Positions 1-11,753 of a stretch of 64,000 bases of DNA are shown one piece after another. The notes below the pieces were generated by a model that worked only from the letters and a program-made list of their open reading frames with translations, ran no database searches and was not told the DNA's origin. How positions within the stretch are numbered: the first letter of the stretch is position 1; the number at the start of each line of letters is the position of its first letter. The position numbers were made by a program, and so were the translations under genes. The stretch covers positions 160,001 to 224,000 of the forward strand of contig CAVYKI010000009.1 of NCBI GenBank assembly GCA_963769025.1. Direction: 5' to 3'. The DNA is from an uncultured Verrucomicrobiae bacterium (GTDB lineage Bacteria; Verrucomicrobiota; Verrucomicrobiia; Chthoniobacterales; Chthoniobacteraceae).

Positions 1-860
1 TGGGCAGCCCCGAGAATGAGAAGGGCCGGGCCGCGGACGAGGGGCCGGTGCATGACGTGGAGGTTGCGCCATTCTGGATGGGGAAGACGGAGGTGACGTG
101 GAACGAGTTTCAGCTTTTCATGTATCCCGAGGAGGAGAAGAAGGCGCGCGTCGTGAAGAATCTGAGCGCCGACCTGAACAAGCTGACCGACGCCGTCTCG
201 CACCCGACGCAGCCGTATGTGGAGATGAGCTTCGGCATGGGCACGGATGGCTTTCCCGCCATCTCGATGACGCAGCACGCTGCAAACAAATACTGCCAGT
301 GGCTGAGCGCGAAGACCGGTCACTTTTACCGCCTGCCGACCGAGGCGGAGTGGGAATACGCGGCTCGTGCGGGCACGGCGACACCCTATTTCTGGGGCGA
401 TGACGCGACGAAAATCGGCGAGTACTGCTGGTGGGGCAAGAACAGCGATTTCAAATACCAGAAGGTCGGCAAGAAGAAGGCGAACCCTTGGGGGCTCCAT
501 GACATCCTGGGCAATGTCGCCGAGTGGACGCTCGATCAATACGATCCCGCGTTTTACAAATCCTCGCCCGCTGCGAATCCATGGAACAAGGCGACGAAGC
601 CGTACCCGCACGTGGCCCGCGGCGGTTCATGGGACGACGAGGAGCCGGCCCAACTCCGCGCCGCCGTACGGAAGGCTTCCTCGGCGGAGTGGAAACGTCA
701 GGACCCGCAACTCCCGAAGAGCATCTGGTATCACACGGACGCGCAGTTCCTCGGGTTCCGCGTTGTCCGCCCGCTGAAAGTCCCCGCAGCCGCCGAGATG
801 CAGGCCTACTGGAACAGCGGAGTGGAGAAGGACGACGCGCGCCTGAACAGGGCGGAGTAG
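1..860 (+). CDS. Formylglycine-generating enzyme (FGE/SUMF1)-like domain protein, 5'-truncated by window edge
   Basis: Motifs F.MGKTEVT, YRLPTEAEWEYAARAG, NPWGLHDILGNVAEW, RGGSW and GFRVV; frame is open back to the window start; no catalytic Cys pair after RGGSW. Confidence 0.85.
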   Translation, partial: GSPENEKGRAADEGPVHDVEVAPFWMGKTEVTWNEFQLFMYPEEEKKARVVKNLSADLNKLTDAVSHPTQPYVEMSFGMGTDGFPAISMTQHAANKYCQWLSAKTGHFYRLPTEAEWEYAARAGTATPYFWGDDATKIGEYCWWGKNSDFKYQKVGKKKANPWGLHDILGNVAEWTLDQYDPAFYKSSPAANPWNKATKPYPHVARGGSWDDEEPAQLRAAVRKASSAEWKRQDPQLPKSIWYHTDAQFLGFRVVRPLKVPAAAEMQAYWNSGVEKDDARLNRAE

Positions 861-911
861 GGGGCTCCCGCGCCCCGGTGCTGTGGACGCTGAACGCCGC
901 CGGGTGGGCGG

Positions 912-1250
912 CTACTGCCGCCGCGGGGTGAGGCGGAAGATGGTCTCGCCAGGCTTCATGTAGCCGGGGTCGACCCCATCCCGCGCAAAAAGGCTGAGGT
1001 ATTCGCTGTCGTTCCGGAGCAGCGTGACTTCGCGGCTCAGGCGGCTGTTGATCATCCGCGCCTCGTCCAAGTGCGCTTCCATCTCAGCGAGCATCTTATC
1101 CTGGCTGGCCTTCTCGCTGACGCCTGGCAGCACACGGTAGGTCAGCGGAACTACCGCAGCCGCAACGATCAGGGCGATGAGAACCTTGTTGAGCCGGGAG
1201 AGGAACCGTGCCGGCGATGCGTGTTGAAAGTGGGAGGGTGCGTCCTTCAC
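912..1250 (-). CDS. ftsB: Septum formation initiator (FtsB/DivIC family)
   Basis: Single TM, coiled coil and C-terminal AR..GYMKPGETIF; lies directly downstream of eno, a conserved synteny. Confidence 0.75.
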   Translation of the reverse strand: MKDAPSHFQHASPARFLSRLNKVLIALIVAAAVVPLTYRVLPGVSEKASQDKMLAEMEAHLDEARMINSRLSREVTLLRNDSEYLSLFARDGVDPGYMKPGETIFRLTPRRQ

Positions 1251-2636
<1,386 letters not shown>

Positions 2637-2760
2637 TCATTATCGCGGAAAATCTGCGCGCAGCGTCGCCCGGGCCGAAACGCGACCGTCGCGAAAGTTC
2701 CGCTTGTCATCCAAACCAAGCCGGGCATGTTCGGCCCCTTTTTCCGGCGGAGATCTTTCC

Positions 2761-3688
2761 ATGCAACACCTTCTTTCCCTCGAAGCCGCCACCCGTGATG
2801 AAATCCTCGCGGTGCTCGAGCTTGCGGTGAAGATGAAGGCCACGCGCGGACGGCTCGAAGCGCATCCGCTGCGGCACCAGTGCTGGGCGCTCATGTTTTC
2901 GAAGTCGTCCACGCGCACGCGCGTCAGCTTCGAGGTCGGCATCCGTGAACTCGGCGGCGACGTGATTTTCCTCGCAGCGGACGACATCCAGCTCGGCCGC
3001 GGCGAGCCGATTCAGGACACGGCGCGCGTCATCGGCCGGATGTGCCACGGCGCGGTCATCCGGACTTTCGGGCAGGATGAAGTGGAGGATTTTGCGAAGT
3101 TCAGCGGCATTCCGACGATCAACGCGCTCACCGACGACGAGCACCCGTGCCAGATCCTCGCCGACCTGCAGACGATCTCGGAGAAGCGCGGCGGGTTTTC
3201 CGGCAAGGTGGTCACCTACGTCGGCGACGGTGCGTGCAACGTGCCGCGCTCGTGGCTCTGGGCCGCGTCGAAGCTCGGCTTCGAACTGCGCATCGCAGCG
3301 CCCGCGCCGTATCAGCCCGATCCCGCCATCGTCGCGGCTGCCTTTCCGTCTGGAAAAACCGGCGGCGGCAAAATCGTGCTCACCGACGATCTCCAAGCCG
3401 CGGCCCGCGGTGCGGACGTTCTCTACACGGACGTTTGGGTGAGCATGGGCAAGGAAAAGGAGGCGGAGTACCGCCTCGCGCAACTCGGTGCATACCAGAT
3501 CGACGAGGCGCTCGTGACAGCTCGCAAAGCCCGGCGCGCTCGTGATGCACTGCCTTCCTGCCTATCGCGGCAAGGAAATCACCGCGGACGTTTTTGAGGC
3601 GCACAGCGAGACGATCTTTACGCAGGCCGAGAACCGCCTCCACGCGCAAAAGGCGGTCCTTTCCCTGCTCGCCGCAGCGAGGGTCTAG
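2761..3688 (+). CDS. argF: Ornithine carbamoyltransferase (one frameshift near 3520-3540, probably a sequencing error)
   Basis: [35 protein letters not shown]...[11 protein letters not shown] continues in another frame to TAG at 3686-3688. Confidence 0.93.
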
Positions 3689-3734
3689 CGGCAGCGGGCG
3701 GCGGCAGCGGGTGGCAGGCGCGGCAAAACGCCGC

Positions 3735-3762
3735 TTGCCAGATACCGGTAAATTTCTATTCT
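3735..3762 (+). promoter_or_regulatory. Candidate sigma70-type promoter for hppA
   Basis: TTGCCA-16 nt-TATTCT about 30 bp upstream of the ATG, in an AT-rich patch. Confidence 0.35.
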
Positions 3763-3792
3763 CCGCCGCCCTTCAGCCCCCCGCTTACATTT

Positions 3793-5886
3793 ATGGTTCT
3801 GACACTGGCTTCCCTTATTGAAAACGGCATCCCGATTTCGCTCGGTTGCGCCGTCGTAGGGTTGGTCTTTGCGCTGTGGCTCATCAAGTCGCTCCTCTCA
3901 ATCTCCTCGGGCACGGAGAAGATGCGCTTCATCGCAAATGCCATCGAGCAAGGGGCGAAGGCGTATCTTCGCCGGCAACTCGCGTCGATCTCGGTCATCG
4001 GGGTGGTCATCGTGGCGTTGCTCCTTTGGAAAAAGGACGCACCCACCGCGATCGGCTTCGTCCTCGGTGCGGTCTGCTCGCTTGCGGCCGGTTTCATCGG
4101 GATGCGGATCGCAGTGAAAGCAAACGTCCGCACGGCTGAAGGGGCCCGCACGAGTGCGAAGAAGGCGTTGCAGGCGGCGTTCAGCGGCGGTGCCGTCACG
4201 GGCTTGCTCGTGGTCGCGCTCGCGCTGCTTTCGACGGGAACCTTTTACATGGTGATGGCGAAGTGCCAGCCGGACAAAGCCGTGAGCAGCCTCATCGGCC
4301 TCGCGCTCGGCGCGTCGCTCATCTCGGTCTTCGCGCGCCTCGGCGGCGGCATTTACACAAAGGCCGCGGACGTCGGCGCGGACCTGGTCGGCAAGGTGGA
4401 ACAGGACCTCGACGAAGATGATCCGCGCAATCCCGCGACCATTGCGGACAACGTGGGCGACAATGTCGGCGACTGCGCGGGCATGGCTGCGGATGTCTTT
4501 GAGACGTACGCGGTGTCGCTCATCGGCGCGGTGCTCGTCGGTGCTCTCACCGCGGCCACGGGCGCGAGTGCGGCGGCGGTTGTATATCCATTCCTGCTCG
4601 GCGGCGTCTCGATCATCACGAGCATCATCGGCGTCCTTTTTGTGAACAGCTACGGCGGCAAGGCCGACAAGGCGCTCATGGGCGGCGTGCTCATCAGCAG
4701 CGTGATTTCGGCGGCGGCCTTTTACCCGCTCACGACGTGGATTTTCCCGGCGGGCCTCGCGCTGAAGAACGGATCCGTGCATTCCGCGAACGAGCTCTTC
4801 TTCTCCGCCGTCATCGGCCTCGTGATGACGGGCATCACGGTCGCCATCACGAACTACTACACCTCCACCGCGTACGCCCCCGTGCGGAAAATCGCGAAGG
4901 CCAGCGAAACCGGCCACGCCACGAACATCATCGCCGGACTCGCCATCGGCCAGCGCGCGACCGCGCTGCCGGTCATTTTCATCGGTGCGGCGATCTGGTT
5001 CAGCTACCACTGCGCGGGGCTCTACGGCACGGCCATCGCTGTCATGGCCATGCTCTCGATGGCCGGCATCATCATCTCGCTCGATGCCTTCGGCCCCATC
5101 ACTGACAACGCCGGCGGTATCGCCGTGATGAGCGGGCTCCCGCCCGAGGTGCGCAAGACCACGGACGAACTCGACGCCGTCGGTAACACCATGAAGGCCG
5201 TCACCAAAGGCTACGCCATCGCGAGTGCGGGCCTCGCCGCGGTCGTCCTCTTTGGCAGCTACGTCGTGGACTTGAAGGATCACCTCCTCAAGACCATGGC
5301 CGCCGTCGACGTGGAGAAAATGCTCACCTTCTCGCTCAACGAGCCAAAGGTGATCATCGGCCTCTTCATCGGCGGCCTGCTGCCATATCTGTTCAGCGCG
5401 TTTTCCATGGACGCCGTCGGCAAGGCCGCCGGCGCCATCGTGAGCGAAGTGCGCCGCCAGATTGCCGAGAAACCCGGCATCCTCAAGGGCACCGACACGC
5501 CCGAATACGGAACCTGCGTGGACATCGTCACCAAGGCGGCGCTGAAGGAAATGATCATCCCGGCGCTCCTGCCGCTGCTCGCCGTCATCCTCGTCGCCGC
5601 CATTCCTGCGCTCGGCATGATCGCGCTCGGCGGTGTGCTCGTCGGCAGTATCGTCACCGGGCTTTTCATGGGCATCTCGATGACCAGCAGCGGCGGCGCG
5701 TGGGACAACGCGAAAAAATACATCGAGGAAGGCCACCACGGCGGGAAGCACAGCGAGGCGCACAAGGCCAGCATCACCGGCGACACCGTCGGAGATCCTT
5801 ACAAGGACACCAGCGGCCCGGCGATCAACCCGATGATCAAAGTGGTGAACATCGTCGCCATCCTGATCATCCCGATCTTTTTCTAG
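3793..5886 (+). CDS. hppA: Membrane-bound ion-translocating pyrophosphatase, probably K+-independent H+-PPase
   Basis: [49 protein letters not shown] has Lys at the K+-dependence position. Confidence 0.96.
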   Translation: MVLTLASLIENGIPISLGCAVVGLVFALWLIKSLLSISSGTEKMRFIANAIEQGAKAYLRRQLASISVIGVVIVALLLWKKDAPTAIGFVLGAVCSLAAGFIGMRIAVKANVRTAEGARTSAKKALQAAFSGGAVTGLLVVALALLSTGTFYMVMAKCQPDKAVSSLIGLALGASLISVFARLGGGIYTKAADVGADLVGKVEQDLDEDDPRNPATIADNVGDNVGDCAGMAADVFETYAVSLIGAVLVGALTAATGASAAAVVYPFLLGGVSIITSIIGVLFVNSYGGKADKALMGGVLISSVISAAAFYPLTTWIFPAGLALKNGSVHSANELFFSAVIGLVMTGITVAITNYYTSTAYAPVRKIAKASETGHATNIIAGLAIGQRATALPVIFIGAAIWFSYHCAGLYGTAIAVMAMLSMAGIIISLDAFGPITDNAGGIAVMSGLPPEVRKTTDELDAVGNTMKAVTKGYAIASAGLAAVVLFGSYVVDLKDHLLKTMAAVDVEKMLTFSLNEPKVIIGLFIGGLLPYLFSAFSMDAVGKAAGAIVSEVRRQIAEKPGILKGTDTPEYGTCVDIVTKAALKEMIIPALLPLLAVILVAAIPALGMIALGGVLVGSIVTGLFMGISMTSSGGAWDNAKKYIEEGHHGGKHSEAHKASITGDTVGDPYKDTSGPAINPMIKVVNIVAILIIPIFF

Positions 5887-7238
5887 GCCGGAGGCACGGA
5901 CGCCGACGGAGGATTCCGCAGGTTCTCGCGCAGCGTCGCGGGCGAGACTTCGTTTTCCCAGCGGCTGATTGCCATCGTGGCGACGCCGTTGCCGATGAAG
6001 TTCGTCACGGCGCGGCATTCGCTCATGAAGCGGTCGATGCCCACTAGCAGCGCGAGCGACGCGATGGGGATGGACGGAACCGCCGCAAGGGTCGCGGCGA
6101 GCGTCACGAAGCCCGCGCCGGTCACTCCGCTCGCGCCTTTCGATGTGATCATCGCGATCAGCAGCAGTCCGATCTGGTGCTTCAGATCGAGCGGCGTGTT
6201 CGTGGCCTGGGCGAGGAAGACCGCGGCCATCGCCATGTAGATGTTTGTCCCGTCGAGATTGAAGCTGTAGCCCGTCGGCACCACGAGCCCGACCGTGGAA
6301 TGAGAGCAGCCGAGCCGCTGCATTTTCTCGATGAGCCCCGGCAGCGCGGTCTCGGAGGAACTCGTCCCCAGCACCAGTAGGAGCTCGTCCTTGATGTACA
6401 CGAGGAAGCGGAAAATCGAGACACCGCACCACAGCGCGATCCCGCCGAGCACGACGACCACGAAGACACCCGCTGTAAGATAGAAGCCGAGCATCAGCGC
6501 GAGCAGTTTGTTCAGCGACTCCAGCCCGTAGCTGCCCACGGTGAACGCCATCGCGCCGAATGCCCCGATGGGTGCGGCCTTCACGACGATGCGCATCACG
6601 CCGAAAAAAAGCTGCGAGCCGTATTCCACGGCGTTCAGGATCGGCCGCGCCTTTCCTCCCAAAGCCGTGAGGGCAAACGCCGTGAGCAGCGAGATGAAGA
6701 GCACCTGCAGCAAGTCGCCCGAGACGAATGCACCCAGGAAAGTGTCCGGAATGATGTTCAGCAAAAAATCCTTCGTGCTCAGCGCATGCGCCTTCGTGGC
6801 GTATTCCTGCGCGAGCTTCAGATCGAGCGTCGCCGGGTCGATGTTAAACCCCGCGCCCGGCTTCAGCACATTCACCACGACGAGCCCGATGATGAGCGCG
6901 AGCGTCGAGACCACCTCGAAATACACCAGCGATTTCAGCCCGACGCGCCCGAGTTTTTTCAAGTCACCCATCGACGCGATGCCATGGACGACCGTGCAGA
7001 AAATGATCGGCCCGATCATCATCTTCACGAGCTTGATGAAGCCGTCCCCCAGCGGCTTCAGCACATTCTTCACATCCGGCCACACATAGTCCGCGCCGAA
7101 GATGCCGCTCCACACCACCCCGCGTCCTATCGCCGTCCAGTAATGCCCAATCAAGATTCCAAGTGCCACGGCGATGAGCACCTGGATGTAAAGGACGCGA
7201 TACCACGGTTTGCGGGGCAAAGGAGCGGACATGGACAT
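5883..7238 (-). CDS. dctA: C4-dicarboxylate:cation symporter
   Basis: [47 protein letters not shown]; start chosen at the Met cluster 7232-7241. Confidence 0.93.
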   Translation of the reverse strand: MSMSAPLPRKPWYRVLYIQVLIAVALGILIGHYWTAIGRGVVWSGIFGADYVWPDVKNVLKPLGDGFIKLVKMMIGPIIFCTVVHGIASMGDLKKLGRVGLKSLVYFEVVSTLALIIGLVVVNVLKPGAGFNIDPATLDLKLAQEYATKAHALSTKDFLLNIIPDTFLGAFVSGDLLQVLFISLLTAFALTALGGKARPILNAVEYGSQLFFGVMRIVVKAAPIGAFGAMAFTVGSYGLESLNKLLALMLGFYLTAGVFVVVVLGGIALWCGVSIFRFLVYIKDELLLVLGTSSSETALPGLIEKMQRLGCSHSTVGLVVPTGYSFNLDGTNIYMAMAAVFLAQATNTPLDLKHQIGLLLIAMITSKGASGVTGAGFVTLAATLAAVPSIPIASLALLVGIDRFMSECRAVTNFIGNGVATMAISRWENEVSPATLRENLRNPPSASVPPA

Positions 7239-7335
7239 CATTTGTGCCCGCCTCTGTCTGCGCGGGCGAGAGGGAACATGCACATCCGTCTTGCCGCAAA
7301 CGCGGCGCTTGGGGATGACTGACGTGATTCCTCCC

Positions 7336-8403
7336 ATGTCCAAATTCCGAATCGCCGGCATCAACTTCGATCACTTCCACATGGGCGACCTGCTGCGAAT
7401 GGTGCACGAGCACCCGGATGCGGAACTCGCCGGCATCTGTGATGAGCAGGCCGCGCGGATGCGAGAGGCGGAGAAGAATTTCGGCATCCCGGCGGAACGG
7501 GTTTTTACCGACGTGGATGCCTGCATGGAAACGGCGCGGCCGGATTTGGTGATCCTCTGTCCGGCGGCGGCGCGGCATGGCGAGTACGTGGCGCGCGTCG
7601 CGAAATACGGCGCGCATGTGCTCGTGGAAAAGCCGTTCGCGGCATCGCTCGCCGAGGCGGATGCGATGGTCGCGGCGATGCCGAAGGGGAAGCTGCTCGC
7701 GATCAACTGGCCGCTCCGCTGGGCGGAGTGCGCGGTGACTGCGAAGCGGATCATTGACGAGGGGATGATCGGCGAAGTGCGCGGGTTTCACCACTACGGT
7801 GGCAACCGAGGCCCGCTCTGCCACGGTGCGGACAAAACGGAGAAGGAACCGACGGCGGCGGAAAAAGCAGCGAGCTGGTTTTACAAAAGGAGCGCGGGCG
7901 GCGGCTCGCTGCTCGACTACCTCGGCTACGGCACGACGCTCGGCACATGGTTCATGGGCGGACGCGTGCCGATCGAGGTGACAGCGGTGACGGATGAGCC
8001 GCCCGGCCTCGAGGTGGACGAGCACAGCGTGGTGATTATCCGGTACGATTCGGGCCTCTCGAAATGCGAGACGCGCTGGGGGACGTTCACCGATCCGTGG
8101 ACGCATCAGCCGCAGCCGAAGTGCGGCTTCGCCATCTGGGGCACAGGGGGGACGGTGAGCTGCTACGACTACGAGCCGACCGTGCGCGTGCAGACGCGGA
8201 CAACGCCGGAAGGCTTCGACGTGCCGTGCGACACGCTTCGCGCGCCGGAGCGGAATCCCATCGAATATTTCCTGCACTGCATCGCGACGGGCGCACCACT
8301 GAGCGGCCCGCTCTCGCCGGAGATTTCGCGCATCGGCCAGCAGATCGTGGATGGTGCCGTACGGAGCGCGAGGGAAAAGCGGACGGTGAAACTGCCCGCC
8401 TAG
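7336..8403 (+). CDS. Gfo/Idh/MocA family oxidoreductase, first gene of the sialic-acid cluster
   Basis: Rossmann-like N-terminus, [19 protein letters not shown]. Confidence 0.85.
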   Translation: MSKFRIAGINFDHFHMGDLLRMVHEHPDAELAGICDEQAARMREAEKNFGIPAERVFTDVDACMETARPDLVILCPAAARHGEYVARVAKYGAHVLVEKPFAASLAEADAMVAAMPKGKLLAINWPLRWAECAVTAKRIIDEGMIGEVRGFHHYGGNRGPLCHGADKTEKEPTAAEKAASWFYKRSAGGGSLLDYLGYGTTLGTWFMGGRVPIEVTAVTDEPPGLEVDEHSVVIIRYDSGLSKCETRWGTFTDPWTHQPQPKCGFAIWGTGGTVSCYDYEPTVRVQTRTTPEGFDVPCDTLRAPERNPIEYFLHCIATGAPLSGPLSPEISRIGQQIVDGAVRSAREKRTVKLPA

Positions 8404-8406
8404 CGC

Positions 8407-9606
8407 ATGGCGATGCCCGCGCTCGTTTCTGCGGAAGGGCGTGCTGCGCTCGCCGCGCAGTACCGCGATGCCCTGCTCGGGGATGTGATTCCATTCTGGC
8501 TGCGGCACGGGATGGATGCGGAGCACGGCGGGATCATCACCTCGCTGGATCGCGACGGTACGGTGACGGACACGGACAAGTCGGTCTGGTTCCAGGGACG
8601 CGCGGCATGGATGTTGGCGACGCTCTGCAATACGGTCGGGCAGAGCGGCGAATGGCTCGACGCGGCGAGGAGTTGCATCGGTTTCAGCCGCCGCCACTGC
8701 TTTGCGCCGGACGGGAAAATGTATTTCAGCGTGACGCGCGAAGGCCGTCCTCTCCGGATGCGGCGCTACGTGTTCAGCGAGTCTTTTGCGGCAATCGGGA
8801 ATGCGGCCTATGCGAAGGCGAGCGGCGATGCGCGTGCGGCGGAGGATGCGGTGAAATGCTTCGCGGCCTACCTCCGGTTTTCATTCGAGCCGGGTGCGAT
8901 GCTGCCGAAGTTCGAGCCGACGCGGCCGATGAAGGGAATCGGCGCGCACATGATCGCCATCGCCACCGCGCAGGAATTGCGCGCGAATCTCGGCGATGTC
9001 GCTGTCTCGGGGCGGACTTGCACGGAGTGGATCGATGCGAGCATCGCGGCGATCGAGCGCGATTTTCTAAAGCCGGATCACGCGGCGCTGATGGAAACCG
9101 TCGGTCTGCACGGCGAGATGATCGAACACGCGGATGGGCGCACCCTGAACCCCGGCCACGCCATCGAGTGCGCGTGGTTCCTCATGCACGAGGGAGTGCT
9201 GCGCAAGGAACCGCGGCTCATCCGGCTTGGCACGACCATTCTCGACTGGATGTGGAAGCGTGGGTGGGATGGGGAGCACGGCGGGCTGCTTTACTTCACC
9301 GACCTTCGCGGGCTGCCGGTGCAGGAATACTGGCACGACATGAAATTCTGGTGGCCGCACAACGAGGCCATCATCGCGACGCTGCTCGCGTGGAAGCTCA
9401 CCGGCGAGGCGCGCTACGCGGAGATGCACCGGCTCGTCCACGACTGGAGTTTTACGCATTTTCCCGACGCGGAACATGGGGAGTGGTACGGCTGGCTGCA
9501 GCGCGACGGCAGTGTGTCCTCCCGCGCAAAGGGCAGCATGTGGAAGGGACCGTTCCATTTGCCGCGAAGTCTGTGGTATTGCTGGCGGCTGCTCGCTGCG
9601 GAATAG
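8407..9606 (+). CDS. N-acylglucosamine 2-epimerase (AGE/renin-binding family)
   Basis: IPFW, DTDKSVWFQGR, NPGHAIECAWF, MKFWWPHNE, WKGPFHLPR. Confidence 0.92.
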   Translation: MAMPALVSAEGRAALAAQYRDALLGDVIPFWLRHGMDAEHGGIITSLDRDGTVTDTDKSVWFQGRAAWMLATLCNTVGQSGEWLDAARSCIGFSRRHCFAPDGKMYFSVTREGRPLRMRRYVFSESFAAIGNAAYAKASGDARAAEDAVKCFAAYLRFSFEPGAMLPKFEPTRPMKGIGAHMIAIATAQELRANLGDVAVSGRTCTEWIDASIAAIERDFLKPDHAALMETVGLHGEMIEHADGRTLNPGHAIECAWFLMHEGVLRKEPRLIRLGTTILDWMWKRGWDGEHGGLLYFTDLRGLPVQEYWHDMKFWWPHNEAIIATLLAWKLTGEARYAEMHRLVHDWSFTHFPDAEHGEWYGWLQRDGSVSSRAKGSMWKGPFHLPRSLWYCWRLLAAE

Positions 9607-9640
9607 AAATGCCATGCCCTTCCCGAACTGTCCGGTGACC

Positions 9641-10708
9641 ATGGAAACCCTGTGCGGCCTTGCGCGGTTCGCGCTGTGGGCAGGGTGTCTTTTCGCAGGG
9701 GTTTCCTGCGCGACGCGCAGCGGTGCGGATGAGCCCATGCGCTGGGAAAAGCTTCCGGCGATCCCGGATGCGGAGGGTTTTGCAGGCGCGTTCGCCGGGG
9801 TGAGCAATGGCGTGCTGATCGTGGGCGGCGGGGCAAACATCACGGGGGACAAGTGGGCGGAGCCGCTTCGCAAGCATTGGTATGATTCTGTGTTCGTGCT
9901 GGAAAAGCCCGATGGCATGTGGCGCGGAGGATTCCGGCTCCCTCGTCCGCTCGGGTACGGGGTGTCGGTGACGACGGAGCGCGGCATTGTGTGCATCGGC
10001 GGCAGCGATTCGCAGCGGCACCACGCGGATGTCTTCCGGATCGAGTGGCGGGACGGACGCACCGTGATTACTGCGCTCCCCGCGCTGCCGAAGCCGTGCG
10101 CGAATGCGTGCGGCGCGCTTGTAGGCAATGCGATCTACGTCGCTGGCGGAATCGAAACGCCCGATGCGGCGACTGCGATGAAGACATTTTGGAAGCTCGA
10201 TCTCGCCGCAACCGAACCGCGATGGGAAACACTCGAACCGTGGCCCGGTCCGGAGCGGATGCTCTCAGCGGCCGGAGTCCTCGGGGAGTCGTTCTGCATT
10301 TTCAGCGGGGCAAAGCTGAAGCCCGGCCCGGATGGAAAACCGGTGCGCGAGTTTTTGTCGGACGCGTATCGCTTCACGCCGGGGAAAGGGTGGACGCGCC
10401 TCGCGGACATGCCGCGTGCCGCGGTCGCCGCGCCTTCGCCCGTGCTCACGACTGGCGCTAAGGTCCGCATTTTCACGGGTGATGACGGCACGCTCGTGGA
10501 TTTCACCCCGGTGCGCGAACACCCCGGCTTTCCCCGCGACGTGCTCGAATACGATGCGGCGAGCGACACGTGGAGCAGGGCGGGGGAGGTGCCATTTTCG
10601 CGGGCGACCGCGACCACGGTAATGTGGCACGGGCGGTATGTGATTCCCAATGGCGAGGTGCGACCGCGTGTGCGGACGCCCGAGGTGTGGGCGAACCGGG
10701 TTAAGTGA
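9641..10708 (+). CDS. Kelch-repeat protein, NanM-like N-acetylneuraminate mutarotase
   Basis: Signal/lipoprotein-like N-terminus; Kelch repeats VGGGAN, CIGGSD, YVAGG; C-terminal GEVRPRVRTP; lies between AGE and the lyase. Confidence 0.75.
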   Translation: METLCGLARFALWAGCLFAGVSCATRSGADEPMRWEKLPAIPDAEGFAGAFAGVSNGVLIVGGGANITGDKWAEPLRKHWYDSVFVLEKPDGMWRGGFRLPRPLGYGVSVTTERGIVCIGGSDSQRHHADVFRIEWRDGRTVITALPALPKPCANACGALVGNAIYVAGGIETPDAATAMKTFWKLDLAATEPRWETLEPWPGPERMLSAAGVLGESFCIFSGAKLKPGPDGKPVREFLSDAYRFTPGKGWTRLADMPRAAVAAPSPVLTTGAKVRIFTGDDGTLVDFTPVREHPGFPRDVLEYDAASDTWSRAGEVPFSRATATTVMWHGRYVIPNGEVRPRVRTPEVWANRVK

Positions 10709-10829
10709 TGCCTTCGCGTGCCTCGCGCGGGAGTCGGATTGCCGCCGTGGCGCGCCGCCCGGCTGCCCTGCCGGAGATAACGCCATTTCGCGATGGACGC
10801 GCCGAAGCGGCTCCAGCTTTCTTCCAAGC

Positions 10830-11753
10830 ATGAAACTCCAGGACCAGCAGCGTCTCCGCGGACTCGTCGCAGCGACGCACACGCCTTTTCATCCGGACGG
10901 TTCGCTGAACCTTGCCGTCGTCGAACGGCAGGCCGCGCACCTGCTCGCCAACCAGGTCACCACCGTGTTCATCGGGGGCACCACGGGCGAGAGCAGTTCG
11001 CTCCCGCTCGATGAACGCCTCTCGCTCGCACATCGCTGGACGGAAGTGGCGAAGGGCACGCCGTTGCGCATCGTCGTTCACGTCGGGGCAAATTCGATCG
11101 CCGATGCGCGCATCCTCGCAGCGGATGCGGAGAAACTCGGCGCGCCTGCGATCGCCGCGCTCGCGCCGAGCTATTTCAAGCCGCGCTCGCTCGATTCGCT
11201 CATCGCCTGCGCGGCGGAGATCGCCGCCGCCGCGCCTGCGACGCCGTTCTATTTTTACGACATCCCGTCAATGACGGCGGTGAGCTTCCCCATGTGCGAT
11301 TTTCTCGCGCAGGCACCCGTGCGCATTCCGACTTTGGTGGGGCTCAAGTTTACAAATCCCGACCTGATGTCCTTCCAGCTCTGTCTGCACGCGGACGGCG
11401 GTGCGTGGGACGTGCCCTTCGGCTGCGATGAGTTTCTCCTCGCCGCGCTTGCGCTCGGGGCGACCGGCGCGGTGGGCAGCACGTACAATTTCGCCGCGCC
11501 GATCTATCACCGCCTCATGCGCGCATTTGCCGCCGGTGACATGGCGACGGCACGCAAGGAGCAATTCCGCTCGGTGCAACTCGTGCAGCTCCTCGCGGGT
11601 GTCGGCTTCATGGGCGCGGCAAAAGCCGTGATGGGCATGATTGGCGTGAAAGTCGGCCCGGCGCGTCTGCCGAACGGGACGCCGACCACGGAGCAGGTGA
11701 AGAAGCTGCGCGCCGATCTGGAACAACTCGGCTTTTTCGACTGGGTGAAATGA
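10830..11753 (+). CDS. nanA: N-acetylneuraminate lyase (DHDPS family)
   Basis: GGTTGE, FYFYDIP, GLKFT (Schiff-base Lys), GAVGSTYN; sialic-acid operon context. Confidence 0.88.
   Translation: MKLQDQQRLRGLVAATHTPFHPDGSLNLAVVERQAAHLLANQVTTVFIGGTTGESSSLPLDERLSLAHRWTEVAKGTPLRIVVHVGANSIADARILAADAEKLGAPAIAALAPSYFKPRSLDSLIACAAEIAAAAPATPFYFYDIPSMTAVSFPMCDFLAQAPVRIPTLVGLKFTNPDLMSFQLCLHADGGAWDVPFGCDEFLLAALALGATGAVGSTYNFAAPIYHRLMRAFAAGDMATARKEQFRSVQLVQLLAGVGFMGAAKAVMGMIGVKVGPARLPNGTPTTEQVKKLRADLEQLGFFDWVK

Noticed and set aside
1..860. Active formylglycine-generating enzyme or DGR target
   Set aside because: The catalytic cysteines are absent, and no reverse transcriptase or template repeat is visible
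3898..6432. Long antisense ORFs (also 11507-14017, 14215-16758, 30481-32586 and others)
   Set aside because: These are shadow frames of well-supported genes in high-GC DNA and carry no motifs
5883..7238. dctA as the sialic-acid transporter of the divergent nan operon
   Set aside because: The sequence looks like a canonical C4-dicarboxylate DctA, and adjacency is the only link
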